The position numbers and the translations under genes were made by a program. Of a DNA stretch of 64,000 bases, positions 56,094-64,000 are shown piece after piece; position 1 is the first letter of the stretch, and every line of letters starts with the position of its first letter. Below the pieces are notes generated by a model that had not been told where the DNA came from, did no database searches, and saw only the letters and a list, made by a program, of their open reading frames with translations. This DNA comes from an uncultured bacterium (GTDB lineage: Bacteria > Planctomycetota > UBA1135 > UBA2386). The DNA is taken from positions 81,452-145,451 of the forward strand of contig CALFZH010000058.1 of NCBI GenBank assembly GCA_937952215.1. The letters run 5' to 3'.

Positions 56094-58337
56094 TCAGTCG
56101 GGCCGCAGCACCTTGCGGGCCCGCAGCAGCAGCCCGAGCGACGCCGGCGGCAGGTCCTTGCGAAGGCGCTCGTCGATCGCGGCGACGAACGCGTCGCCGG
56201 TCTTGGCGCGGCGCAGGTAACCGGCGATGCGCTCGAGGTTCCGCAGCCCGTCGCGGGCGTCGAGCAGCGCGATCGCGCACGACTCGGCGCGCGCGGCGTC
56301 GAGCGTTTCGGGGTGTGCTTGGAACCACGCCCTGCACTGCCCGCAATCCACGTCGGAGCCAGTGTGCAGGTAGACGAGGCTCGTCAGCGCTTCGACATGG
56401 CGGCGGTCCAACGCGACGGCTGCTTCGTACGCCGCGGCTGCCTCGTCGAAGCGGTGCAGGCTGTCGAGCACGGCCCCGTAGTTGAGCCAGGCACCGGGGC
56501 CCGGTGCGGCATCGACGACCTGGCGGAACAACGGCAACGCCGCTTCGTGGTCGCGCCGCCCGTTCAGGATCGACGCCTTGGTGCGGATCATCTCGAGCGG
56601 TGTCGGCGAGCCCGCAAGCGCGATCGCGCGATCGATCGTGACGAGCCCCTGGTCGTAACTGTGCGCCACCGAGTGGGCCTTGGCGAGTTCGTGCCACGTC
56701 GAAGCGGTGGCCCGCGGCAACGCGACGGCGTCGGTGAGCGCGCTGATCGCCTCGGCGCCGCGACGCTGTTGTCGCAGCAGCCGGCCGAGTTCGGCGCGCA
56801 GGCGCACGCTGCCCGGCAGCAGGCGGATCGCCGACAGCAGTTCGCGTTCGGCGACGTCGTTGGTGCCGGCCGCGGCAGCCGCGATCGCCCGCCACGCGAT
56901 CGCGATCGTCGCGTCGGGCGCCATCGCCACGGCGGCCGCGAAGTCCGACTCGGCTGCTTTCGCATCGCGAGGCAGTGCTGCGGCGCCCGCGCGCAGGTGC
57001 GCGACGAACGCGTCCTCGCCGTGCGGTTCGGCTCCGGTGAGCCAGGCGGCGAGCGCGAGTTCGCCGTTCGCGGCCAATGTCGCTGCGGCGGCGGCGAGGC
57101 CCGTGCCGTCGCCGTCGAGGTGGCATTCGGCGGCAGCGATGCGGGCGAGCCGCAGTTCCTCGGCGCGGGCGCTGCGGTACCAGTCGAGGCCGATCCAGCC
57201 AGCGAGCGCGAGCGCTGCTGCGGCCGTGAGTCCGAGCAATGGCGCGCGACGGCGCTGTGCGAACTCGGCGACCTGCTGCGACCAGCCGAGCGTCAGGCCG
57301 ATCGGTCGACCGCCGGCGGCGATCAGTTCGAGGGCGCGCGCCAGGGCGGCGGCGTCGCCTGGCCGATGCCGCGGCCGGAACGCCATCGCCGAGCGCGTGA
57401 TCAGGTCGAGTTCGCGCGGCACGGTGCGGTCGACCATGCGCGGCGTCGGCGGCAGGCGGTGGCGTGCGTCGCTGAGGACCTGCAGCGGGTCGTCGCCCGC
57501 CCGCGGCGGCTGCAGCGTCAGCATCTCGAAGAGGATCGCGCCGAGGCCGTAGACGTCGCTCGCGGCGGTCGCGGGTTCGCCGCGCGCCTGCTCGGGCGCC
57601 ATGTAGGCGGGCGTGCCGAGCACCTCGCCGGTCGCGGTCAGCGTCGCCGCGGCGGCATCGGCGGCGAGACCGAAGTCGACGACGACCGGCGAACCATCGG
57701 CGCGCAGCAGCACGTTGCCGGGCTTGAGGTCGCGATGCAGCACGCCGGCGGCGTGCGCGGCGGCCAGCCCGTTGGCCAGGGCGCCGACGAACCGCGCGAT
57801 GCGTGACCAGGCGTCGCCGGGGCCCGTCAGGATCGTGGCGGCGCGTTCGCGCCCTTCGCGCCGCGCGCGGTCGAGCCATGCCGACAGCGTGCCGCCGGCC
57901 ACGTGCTCCATGACGACGAACGGGGCGCCGTTCGCCGGGTCGTCGCCGACGTCGACGATCGCGACGACGTTGCCGTGGCGCAGCTCGCGCAGCACGTGGG
58001 CCTCGCGGTGCAGTCGTTCGTTCGCGCGCGCCAGCGCGGCGGCATGCGGTAGCAGCCGTTTCAAGGCGAACGGCGCGCCCCGCTCGTCCACGACCACGAA
58101 CACTTCGCCGGTGGCGCCGCGACCCAGGCGCGATCGCACCTGCCATCGGCCGATGCGCGCCGGCAGCCCGGCGTCGGGCAGCAGACCGGACGTCGCCAGC
58201 ATCGCGTCGAGGGCCGCGCGCAGCCGTTCGGCGGCGGCGGGGTGTTCGGCGGCGAACGTGCTTGGCGTGACCGCCTCGCCGGCATCGCGCCGCGCCCAGA
58301 ACTCGGCGAGCAGCTCCTCGAGCCGTTCGTCGTTCAC
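56094..58337 (-). CDS. Ser/Thr protein kinase with TM segment and C-terminal TPR repeats
   Basis: GTG start. GRGATGEVF...ALK, HRDLKPGNVLL, DFGLA, GTPAYMAPEQ. TM span LLGLTAAAALALAGWIGL. TPR-like repeats to the end. Confidence 0.9.
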   Translation of the reverse strand: MNDERLEELLAEFWARRDAGEAVTPSTFAAEHPAAAERLRAALDAMLATSGLLPDAGLPARIGRWQVRSRLGRGATGEVFVVVDERGAPFALKRLLPHAAALARANERLHREAHVLRELRHGNVVAIVDVGDDPANGAPFVVMEHVAGGTLSAWLDRARREGRERAATILTGPGDAWSRIARFVGALANGLAAAHAAGVLHRDLKPGNVLLRADGSPVVVDFGLAADAAAATLTATGEVLGTPAYMAPEQARGEPATAASDVYGLGAILFEMLTLQPPRAGDDPLQVLSDARHRLPPTPRMVDRTVPRELDLITRSAMAFRPRHRPGDAAALARALELIAAGGRPIGLTLGWSQQVAEFAQRRRAPLLGLTAAAALALAGWIGLDWYRSARAEELRLARIAAAECHLDGDGTGLAAAAATLAANGELALAAWLTGAEPHGEDAFVAHLRAGAAALPRDAKAAESDFAAAVAMAPDATIAIAWRAIAAAAAGTNDVAERELLSAIRLLPGSVRLRAELGRLLRQQRRGAEAISALTDAVALPRATASTWHELAKAHSVAHSYDQGLVTIDRAIALAGSPTPLEMIRTKASILNGRRDHEAALPLFRQVVDAAPGPGAWLNYGAVLDSLHRFDEAAAAYEAAVALDRRHVEALTSLVYLHTGSDVDCGQCRAWFQAHPETLDAARAESCAIALLDARDGLRNLERIAGYLRRAKTGDAFVAAIDERLRKDLPPASLGLLLRARKVLRPD

Positions 58338-58912
58338 GCAGGCCCCCCGACCAGCAGGGTGAGCTTCGCCATGGCCCGCGAGAACAACTTGCGCACGGCG
58401 TCGTCGCTGCGGCCGGTGCGGGCGGCCGTCTCCTGGCTCGACAGTCCTTCGAAGCGGCGGAGCTGCACGACCTGCCGCATGTCGGCGGGCAGCGACAACA
58501 GCGCGCGTTCGAGCGCCTCGAAGCGTGGGTCGTCGTAGCTCGGCGGGCCCGCCGCGACGACGCCCTCGGCAAGGGTGTCGGTCAGCGCGGTCGGCTCGCC
58601 GCGGCGACGCAGGGCGCGCGCGCGATCGATCAGGCGATGGCGCACGAGCCGGCGCAGCAGCCCGGTGAACCCAGACGCCGGCGGCTCGGCGTTCTTGCGC
58701 AGCACCTCGAACGCTTCGCGGGCGACGCTCTGCAGCACGTCCTCACTCTGCATCGCCGCGCGCAGCTTCGGTCCCATGCCCGCACGCACCGCGAGCAGCA
58801 GTTCGTCCCGGTGGCGGCGGTAGAGCACCGCGAACGCCTCGCTCTCGCCGGCCCGCAGCCGAGCGAGCAGCTCGAGGCTATGCGCACTGTCGGGGGCGTC
58901 GGGCAGGCCCAT
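58334..58912 (-). CDS. ECF-type RNA polymerase sigma-70 factor
   Basis: Region 2 SEDVLQSVAREAFE, region 4 GLSSQETAARTGRSDDAVRKLFSRAMAKL. TGA overlaps the kinase GTG (GTGA). Confidence 0.85.
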   Translation of the reverse strand: MGLPDAPDSAHSLELLARLRAGESEAFAVLYRRHRDELLLAVRAGMGPKLRAAMQSEDVLQSVAREAFEVLRKNAEPPASGFTGLLRRLVRHRLIDRARALRRRGEPTALTDTLAEGVVAAGPPSYDDPRFEALERALLSLPADMRQVVQLRRFEGLSSQETAARTGRSDDAVRKLFSRAMAKLTLLVGGPA

Positions 58913-59004
58913 GATGGCACCGCCCGGATTCTAGGGTCGCGCCGCGGCGGATGCCTGCGGCAGGACGGGGTGCGCGCCCCGGTGACCGGGGCGCGCAGCG
59001 GCGA

Positions 59005-59109
59005 TCAGCCCTTCATCGCCTTCTTCGCGGCCTTTGCCGCGCGCTTCTCCTTCAGCGTCATCTTGGGTTCCTTCTTCGTTTCCTTCTTGCCTTGTTGGCC
59101 CTTGGCCAT
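59005..59109 (-). CDS. small highly basic protein, 34 aa (not in the ORF track)
   Basis: GGAGG (complement of 59115-59119) 5 nt before ATG 59109. Encodes MAKGQQGKKETKKEPKMTLKEKRAAKAAKKAMKG, with stop TGA at 59007-59005. Confidence 0.45.
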   Translation of the reverse strand: MAKGQQGKKETKKEPKMTLKEKRAAKAAKKAMKG

Positions 59110-59147
59110 GGTCGCCTCCGGTACTCGTGTTCGTGGTTGCGTGCGCC

Positions 59148-59170
59148 GCGCGCAGCGACGTGCTGCGCGC
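59148..59170 (-). terminator. hairpin downstream of the desulfhydrase gene / upstream of the small basic ORF
   Basis: GCGCGCAGC (59148-59156), loop GACGT, GCTGCGCGC (59162-59170). Confidence 0.3.
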
Positions 59171-59250
59171 CGACGATCACGGCGTGCACAGATTGCGGCC
59201 CGAACGCTCGTGAGTCCAGAGGGTCGCCGACCTCGGCCGTGCTGCGGGCC

Positions 59251-60249
59251 TCACGCGAGCAGCACGTTCTCGTAGGCGTGCAGCGCCGGGGCGCCGCCGG
59301 TGTGCACGAACAGCACGTTCTGCTCGCGGCGCCACGTGCCTTCGCGCGCGAGTCCGATCAGGCCCGCCATCGCCTTGCCGGTGTAGACCGGGTCGAGCAG
59401 GATCGCCTCGGTGCGCGCGAGCAGCTGCACGGCTTCGACCATGCGCGCGTTCGGCAGCGAGTACTTCGGTTGCCAGTAGCCGCCGACGCAGCGCACCGCT
59501 TCGCGCGGCACGGCGATGCCGAGTCCGAGCAGGTCGCACACCGCTTGGGCCTCGCGGTGCACGATCGGCACCTGGTCGTCGGGGTCGCGGCTCACGCCGA
59601 TGCCCGTGAGCGGCACGTCGATGCGGTTGCCGAGGAAGCCGGCGACCAGGCCACCGTGCGTGCCCGAACTGCCCGACGCGACGACGACGTGGTCGAAGCG
59701 CACGCCGAGTTCGAAGCACTGCTGCTGCAGTTCCTGCGCGCAGGCGACGTAGCCGAGCCCGCCGAGCGCGTTGCTGCCGCCGGTCGGGATCAGGTAGGCC
59801 TTGCGGCCGGCGCGCGCGAGGTCGTCGGCCTGCTGCTGCATCGCCGCGCGCAGGTCGGTGCCGGCTGGCACGACGGTGATCGCTTCGACGCCGAGCAGGC
59901 GGAACAGGAAGTGGTTGCCGCTGGCGTCGTCACGGTAGCTGCCGGGCACGCGTTCCTCGATCACGAACCGGCAGCGCAGCCCTTCCTTCACTGCCGCCGC
60001 GAGCGTGATGCGGCAGTGGTTGGACTGCGGCGCACCACAGGTGATCAGCGTGTCGCAGCCTTGCGCGAGGGCATCGGCGACCAGGAACTCGAGCTTGCGG
60101 GTCTTGTTGCCGCCCGGCGACAGGCCGAGCAGGTCGTCGCGCTTCATCCAGATGCGTGGGCCGCCGAGGGCGCGCGTGAAGTTCGGCAGGAACTCGAGGG
60201 GTGTCGGGCCCGGGCTGTAGCGCCGGCGCGGAAAGCGGGACAAGTCCAT
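59251..60249 (-). CDS. PLP-dependent D-cysteine desulfhydrase / ACC deaminase family enzyme
   Basis: GGNKTRKLEFLVADA (PLP lysine), TCGAPQSNH, ASGSSGTHGG. About 332 aa. Confidence 0.85.
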   Translation of the reverse strand: MDLSRFPRRRYSPGPTPLEFLPNFTRALGGPRIWMKRDDLLGLSPGGNKTRKLEFLVADALAQGCDTLITCGAPQSNHCRITLAAAVKEGLRCRFVIEERVPGSYRDDASGNHFLFRLLGVEAITVVPAGTDLRAAMQQQADDLARAGRKAYLIPTGGSNALGGLGYVACAQELQQQCFELGVRFDHVVVASGSSGTHGGLVAGFLGNRIDVPLTGIGVSRDPDDQVPIVHREAQAVCDLLGLGIAVPREAVRCVGGYWQPKYSLPNARMVEAVQLLARTEAILLDPVYTGKAMAGLIGLAREGTWRREQNVLFVHTGGAPALHAYENVLLA

Positions 60250-60274
60250 GCCGCGACTCTACGGTGCCGTGACG

Positions 60275-60676
60275 ATGCCCGCGAAGCAGCCAGCCGCCGA
60301 CGTCGTGGCGTTCCTCGCCGCCTGCCGCCACGCGCTGCGCGACGTGCTCGACGAACTGCGCGCGATCGTCGCGCACGCCGTGCCGCGCCTCGTCGAGGAG
60401 ATCAAGTGGAACGCGCCGAGCTTCCGGGTGGCGAACGGCGAGCACTGCGTGACGTTCAATCTGTCGGCGAAGGATCGCGTGCGCATCGTGTTCCACCGCG
60501 GCGCCAAGGCCAAGGACGCGAGCGGCAAGGGGCCGCTGGTCGACCTCGACCACGCGTGGCTCGCGTGGCCCGCCGCGGATCGCGCGGTCGCGACGTTCAC
60601 GAGCCTCGACGAGGTCGGGGTCGCCAAGGCGAAGTTGCGCCAGCTGGTCGTGGCGTGGGTCGCCGCGGTCGGGTGA
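60275..60676 (+). CDS. DUF1801 (YdhG-like) domain protein
   Basis: In ORF 60248..60676. ATG 60275 avoids overlapping the divergent start. VPRLVEEIKWNAPSFRVANGEHCVTFNL pattern. Confidence 0.65.
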   Translation: MPAKQPAADVVAFLAACRHALRDVLDELRAIVAHAVPRLVEEIKWNAPSFRVANGEHCVTFNLSAKDRVRIVFHRGAKAKDASGKGPLVDLDHAWLAWPAADRAVATFTSLDEVGVAKAKLRQLVVAWVAAVG

Positions 60677-60690
60677 TCGTGCGCTCGCTG

Positions 60691-61119
60691 CTACTTGCGC
60701 GGCCGGCGACCAGGGCCGCGGCGCGCTTTTCGCGGCGTCTGCGCGGCATTCTCGCGCAACCACGCGGCGAAGGCCTCTTCGTCGAGCGTGCCGTCCGCCA
60801 CGCCGAGCATGAAGGCCGCGGCATGCGCGGGCGGCGCCGTGAACCGGAGCCCGTTGCGTTCGAGGAACACCGTGGTCGCAAGGAACGCCACGCGCTTGTT
60901 GCCGTCGACGAACGGGTGGTTCTTGGCGATGCCGTGACCGTAGGCGGCGGCCAGCCGACAGAGGTCGGCCCGCTCGTAGTTGAAGAGGTGCCGTGGCCGG
61001 GCAAGAGCCGACGCGAGCAGGCCGGGGTCGCGCAGCCCATCCGAGCCACCGAACCGGCGGATGCTGTCGGCGTGCATCGCCAGGACCGCCTCCTGGCTCA
61101 GCCAGATCGGCGTCTTCAC
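60691..61119 (-). CDS. doc: Doc (death-on-curing) Fic-family toxin
   Basis: Doc-type Fic motif HPFVDGNKRVAF. GTG start overlaps the antitoxin TGA (GTGA). Basic C-terminal tail. Confidence 0.9.
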   Translation of the reverse strand: MKTPIWLSQEAVLAMHADSIRRFGGSDGLRDPGLLASALARPRHLFNYERADLCRLAAAYGHGIAKNHPFVDGNKRVAFLATTVFLERNGLRFTAPPAHAAAFMLGVADGTLDEEAFAAWLRENAAQTPRKARRGPGRRPRK

Positions 61120-61337
61120 TTGGCGAGCTCGCGGAGCGTCCGGCTGTAGCGCGTCATCAGCGAGCGCGCGATACGCACCTGCTCTTCGAACTCGGCGTCC
61201 TCCACCGAAAGCTGGTAGCCCTTTTCGTTCGGCAGCAGGGTCAGGGTGCTGCCGTCCTTCACCTGCAGCGCCTTCACGACGTCGGCGGGCAGGATCACCC
61301 CGAAGGAGTTGCCGATCTTGCGCAGCTTGAGTTCCAT
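61116..61337 (-). CDS. AbrB/MazE/SpoVT-family antitoxin
   Basis: From ATG 61337 in ORF 61116..61376: MELKLRKIGNSFGVILPADVVKALQVKDGSTLTL (swapped-hairpin motif). Confidence 0.8.
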   Translation of the reverse strand: MELKLRKIGNSFGVILPADVVKALQVKDGSTLTLLPNEKGYQLSVEDAEFEEQVRIARSLMTRYSRTLRELAK

Positions 61338-61349
61338 GTTGTCACTCAG

Positions 61350-61376
61350 GTTATAACAAGGGACGCGAGTGGGCAA
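61350..61376 (-). promoter_or_regulatory. candidate sigma-70-like promoter / operator of the toxin-antitoxin operon
   Basis: On the coding strand: TTGCCC, 15 nt, TATAAC, 12 nt, ATG. The -10 lies in the palindrome GTTATAAC (61350-61357), inside a local AT-rich patch. Confidence 0.3.
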
Positions 61377-61438
61377 CGGTGGGGGTCATCTCGGCGCGGT
61401 CCGTAGTGGCCGCCGCGCCGCGATGGGCGCACTGCCGA

Positions 61439-63541
61439 TCACGTTGCGAGCCGGCTCAGGTCGGCGACGCGGTTCATCAGCGCGTGCAGCGCGCCGAGCA
61501 GCGCCAGCCGATTCGTGCGCAGGGCCGGATCCTCGGCGTTGACCATCACGGCGTCGAAGAACGCATCGACCGGCGTGCGCAGCGAGGCGCACGCGACGAG
61601 CCCGCCCTGCCAGTCGCCAGCGTCGAACTTCGGACCCGCGATCGCGGCGACCTTGGTCAGCGCTGTGTGCAGGTCGCGTTCCTGCGGCTCGACCAGGAGG
61701 TCGGCGCGCACCGCACCCGGGCTGCTGCCTTCGCTCTTCTTCAGGATGTTGCCGATGCGCTTGTTGGCCGCGGCCAAGGCCTCGGCTTCGGGCAGAGCCG
61801 CGAACGTGCGCACCGCGGCGAGGCGCTTGCCCACGTCGGCGAGGCGCTGCGGCCGCAGGCTCAGCACGGCATCGACCTGCTGCGCCGTGAAGCCCTGTTC
61901 CTTCAGCGCCGCCGCGAGCCGGTCGAACACGAAGTCCTGCAGGGCCGCCGCCGGATCCCGGATCAGCGCGCCGAACGCCGGCGTGGCCAGCGCGATCAGC
62001 GTCGCCAGATCGAGCGGCAGCGACTTGTCGGCGAGCAGGCGGATCACGCCGAGCGCATGGCGTCGCAGCGCGAACGGGTCCTTGTCGCCGGTCGGCACCT
62101 GGCCGATGCCGAACATGCCGACCAGCGTCTCGAGCTTGTCGGCGAGCGCCACGCACACGCCGACCGGGTTGCGCGGCAGCGTGTCGCCGGCGAAGCGAGG
62201 CTTGTAGTGGTCCTCGATCGCCTCGGCGATCGGTCCAGGCTCGCCGTCGTGGCGCGCGTAGTAGCCGCCCATGATCCCCTGCAGCTCGGGGAACTCGCCG
62301 ACCATGTCGGTCAGCAGGTCGGCTTTCGCGAGCGACGCGGCGCGATCGGCGTCCTTCGCCAGCGAGTCGCCGCCGAGCAGCGCGCCGATGCCACGAGCGA
62401 TGAGGCGCACACGTTCGACGCGTTCGCCCTGCGAGCCGAGCTTCTGCTGGTAGACGACCTTCGCGAGGCCGGGGAGCCGCGATTCGAGCGTCTTCTTCCG
62501 GTCCTGATCGAAGAAGAACTTCGCGTCGGCGAGGCGCGGCTTCACGACGCGTTCGTTGCCGGCGATCACCGCCTTCGCGTCGCCCGGCCGGATGTTGCTG
62601 ACGACGAGGAACTTCTCGGTCAGCCGCCCCTGCGCGTCGAGCAGCGGGAAGTACTTCTGGTTCTGCTTCATCGTCAGGATGAGGCACTCCTGCGGCACGG
62701 CGAGGAACTCCGGCTCGAAGCGGCACAGCAGCACGTTCGGCCGTTCGACCAGCGCGGTGACTTCGTCGAGCAGAGCCGGGTCGTCGATCGGCGTCAGTCC
62801 TTCCTGTCGCGCCTTCTCGCGCAGTTGCCGCTCGATCTCGGCGCGCCGCACGGCGAACGACGGCACGACCGCGCCGTCCTGTTCGAGTTGCGAGGCGTAG
62901 GCGTCGGCGTCGCGCACCGTCAGTTCGGCGGCCTTGGCCTCGAAGCGATGGCCCTGCGTCGTGCGCCCGGCCACGAGCCCGAGCGCTTGCACCGCCACGA
63001 CCTCGGCGCCGTGCAGCGCGCAGAGGCGATGCGCGGGGCGCACGAACGCGACGTTCGTCCAGCCGTCCGCCTGCTGGTAGGTCATCGTCTTGGCGATCGG
63101 CAGCTTGGCGATCGTCTGGTCGAGCGCCTGCTGCAGGCCCGCAGCGAGCGGCGCACCCGGCTCGACCTTGTCGAGGAACAGCGTCTCGGCCTTGCCGTCG
63201 ACGGCGCGAACCAGGGAACTCGGCGGCGTGCCCTCGGCGCCGAGCGCGGCGAGCTTCTTCAGCAGCACCGGCGTGGCGTTGCCGCTGGCATCGAGGCCGA
63301 TCGACGTCGGCACCAGCTTGACGCGCACGGGCTTGTCGGCGGCGCGCGCGGCGACGTTGGTCAGGTGCAAGGCGAGGCGCCGCGGGGTCGCGAACGTGGT
63401 CGCCGTGCTGTCGGCGCCGGCGAGGCCCTGCGCGCGCAAGCCGTCGGCGAGGGCGCCGCCGAACGCTTCGCCGAGCTTCTTCAGCGACTTCGGCGGCAGC
63501 TCTTCGACGAACAGTTCGACCAGCAGGCTCTTCTTGGACAT
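61439..63541 (-). CDS. glyS: glycine--tRNA ligase beta subunit
   Basis: 700-aa ORF starting MSKKSLLVELFVEELPPKSL, with a full-length GlyS pattern. Confidence 0.95.
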   Translation of the reverse strand: MSKKSLLVELFVEELPPKSLKKLGEAFGGALADGLRAQGLAGADSTATTFATPRRLALHLTNVAARAADKPVRVKLVPTSIGLDASGNATPVLLKKLAALGAEGTPPSSLVRAVDGKAETLFLDKVEPGAPLAAGLQQALDQTIAKLPIAKTMTYQQADGWTNVAFVRPAHRLCALHGAEVVAVQALGLVAGRTTQGHRFEAKAAELTVRDADAYASQLEQDGAVVPSFAVRRAEIERQLREKARQEGLTPIDDPALLDEVTALVERPNVLLCRFEPEFLAVPQECLILTMKQNQKYFPLLDAQGRLTEKFLVVSNIRPGDAKAVIAGNERVVKPRLADAKFFFDQDRKKTLESRLPGLAKVVYQQKLGSQGERVERVRLIARGIGALLGGDSLAKDADRAASLAKADLLTDMVGEFPELQGIMGGYYARHDGEPGPIAEAIEDHYKPRFAGDTLPRNPVGVCVALADKLETLVGMFGIGQVPTGDKDPFALRRHALGVIRLLADKSLPLDLATLIALATPAFGALIRDPAAALQDFVFDRLAAALKEQGFTAQQVDAVLSLRPQRLADVGKRLAAVRTFAALPEAEALAAANKRIGNILKKSEGSSPGAVRADLLVEPQERDLHTALTKVAAIAGPKFDAGDWQGGLVACASLRTPVDAFFDAVMVNAEDPALRTNRLALLGALHALMNRVADLSRLAT

Positions 63542-63680
63542 GACGCGCGGCGGATGCTACGGGGCTCGCCGGGCGAGGCCAGGATCGCGTGCCGCCCGGC
63601 GCCATCGGCCGGCGGGGCGATGGCGTTCCGCGACGGGGCAATGGACGGTCGCCGCCGACCCGGCGAAGCTCGGCGCCGTG

Positions 63681-64000
63681 ATGCAGATCCGCCGCGACGA
63701 CCTGGAGGGTCCCGAGATCAAGGCGCTGCTCGCCGAGCACTTGCGCAACATGCACGCGATCTCGCCGCGCGAGAGCGTGCACGCGCTGCCGATCGACTTG
63801 CTGCGGGCACCCGACATCACGTTCTGGACGGTGTGGTCCGGGCCGGACCTGCTCGGCTGCGGCGCGCTGCGCGAGATGTCGCCGACGCACGGCGAGATCA
63901 AGTCGATGCGCACGGCGATGGCGCACCGCCGGAAGGGGGTCGCGCGGGCGATGGTGCTGCACATCCTCGCCGAAGCGGAGAAGCGTGGGTACCGGCAGCT
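63681..64000 (+). CDS. GNAT-family N-acetyltransferase (3' end outside window)
   Basis: ATG 63681: MQIRRDDLEGPEIKALLAEHL...LLGCGALREMSPTHGEIKSMRTAMAHRRKGVARAMVLHILAEAEKRGY. Open to the window edge, so absent from the ORF track. Confidence 0.7.
   Translation, partial: MQIRRDDLEGPEIKALLAEHLRNMHAISPRESVHALPIDLLRAPDITFWTVWSGPDLLGCGALREMSPTHGEIKSMRTAMAHRRKGVARAMVLHILAEAEKRGYRQ

Noticed and set aside
54443-58572. ORFs 54443..56485 +, 54954..57806 + and 56023..58572 - (680-950 aa)
   Set aside because: Antisense or out-of-frame to dcp (HEFGH) and the Ser/Thr kinase (HRDLKPGN/DFG). The sequences are low-complexity and Arg/Ala-rich.
61439-63680. glyS without an adjacent glyQ (alpha subunit)
   Set aside because: This is real as an observation: a divergent GNAT gene lies upstream. 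But split glyQ/glyS locations occur in various genomes, and glyQ may simply lie elsewhere, so I do not consider it anomalous without the full genome.
58951-63964. ORFs 58951..61149 + (732 aa) and 61386..63962 - (858 aa)
   Set aside because: The first runs antisense through the desulfhydrase and Doc genes. The second is an alternative frame of glyS. Neither has motifs, and both are Arg-rich.

Overview
High-GC (about 70% by eye) bacterial chromosomal segment. It is almost fully coding: about 58 protein genes, and I saw no rRNA, tRNA, CRISPR array, transposase or integrase. Because of the GC content, most long ORFs in the six-frame track are wrong-frame or antisense artefacts (Arg/Ala/Pro/Gly-rich); I kept only frames with recognisable motifs or a credible signal peptide or membrane topology. 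Housekeeping anchors are sbcC (partial), a GltP-type symporter, methylcrotonyl-CoA carboxylase beta subunit, a crotonase, lptB, lepB, lepA, isoaspartyl peptidase, dcp, a D-Cys desulfhydrase/ACC deaminase-family enzyme and glyS. Accessory and regulatory content includes a MoxR-DUF58-transglutaminase triad, a 746-aa GreA-family factor, a TonB/TonB-dependent-receptor locus with a tandem-duplicated hydrolase-like protein, and two ECF sigma modules (one with anti-sigma plus a secretin-like protein, one coupled to a Ser/Thr kinase). It also includes two GT-C membrane glycosyltransferases and a Doc/AbrB toxin-antitoxin pair. Five observations stand out. (1) A clear cobalamin riboswitch drives an uncharacterised secreted propeller-like protein. 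(2) A tandem pair of catalytically degenerate PilT-like ATPases has no pilus genes nearby, and the first carries a textbook MshEN c-di-GMP-binding motif. (3) A thioredoxin-fold gene is split by one in-frame TGA exactly where the redox Cys is expected, which suggests either selenocysteine or a fresh pseudogene. (4) A roughly 1-kb low-GC single-gene insertion is bracketed by a duplicated gene junction. (5) A 34-codon highly basic ORF with a perfect SD is absent from the ORF track. All family calls come from motif recognition by eye; no database search was run.
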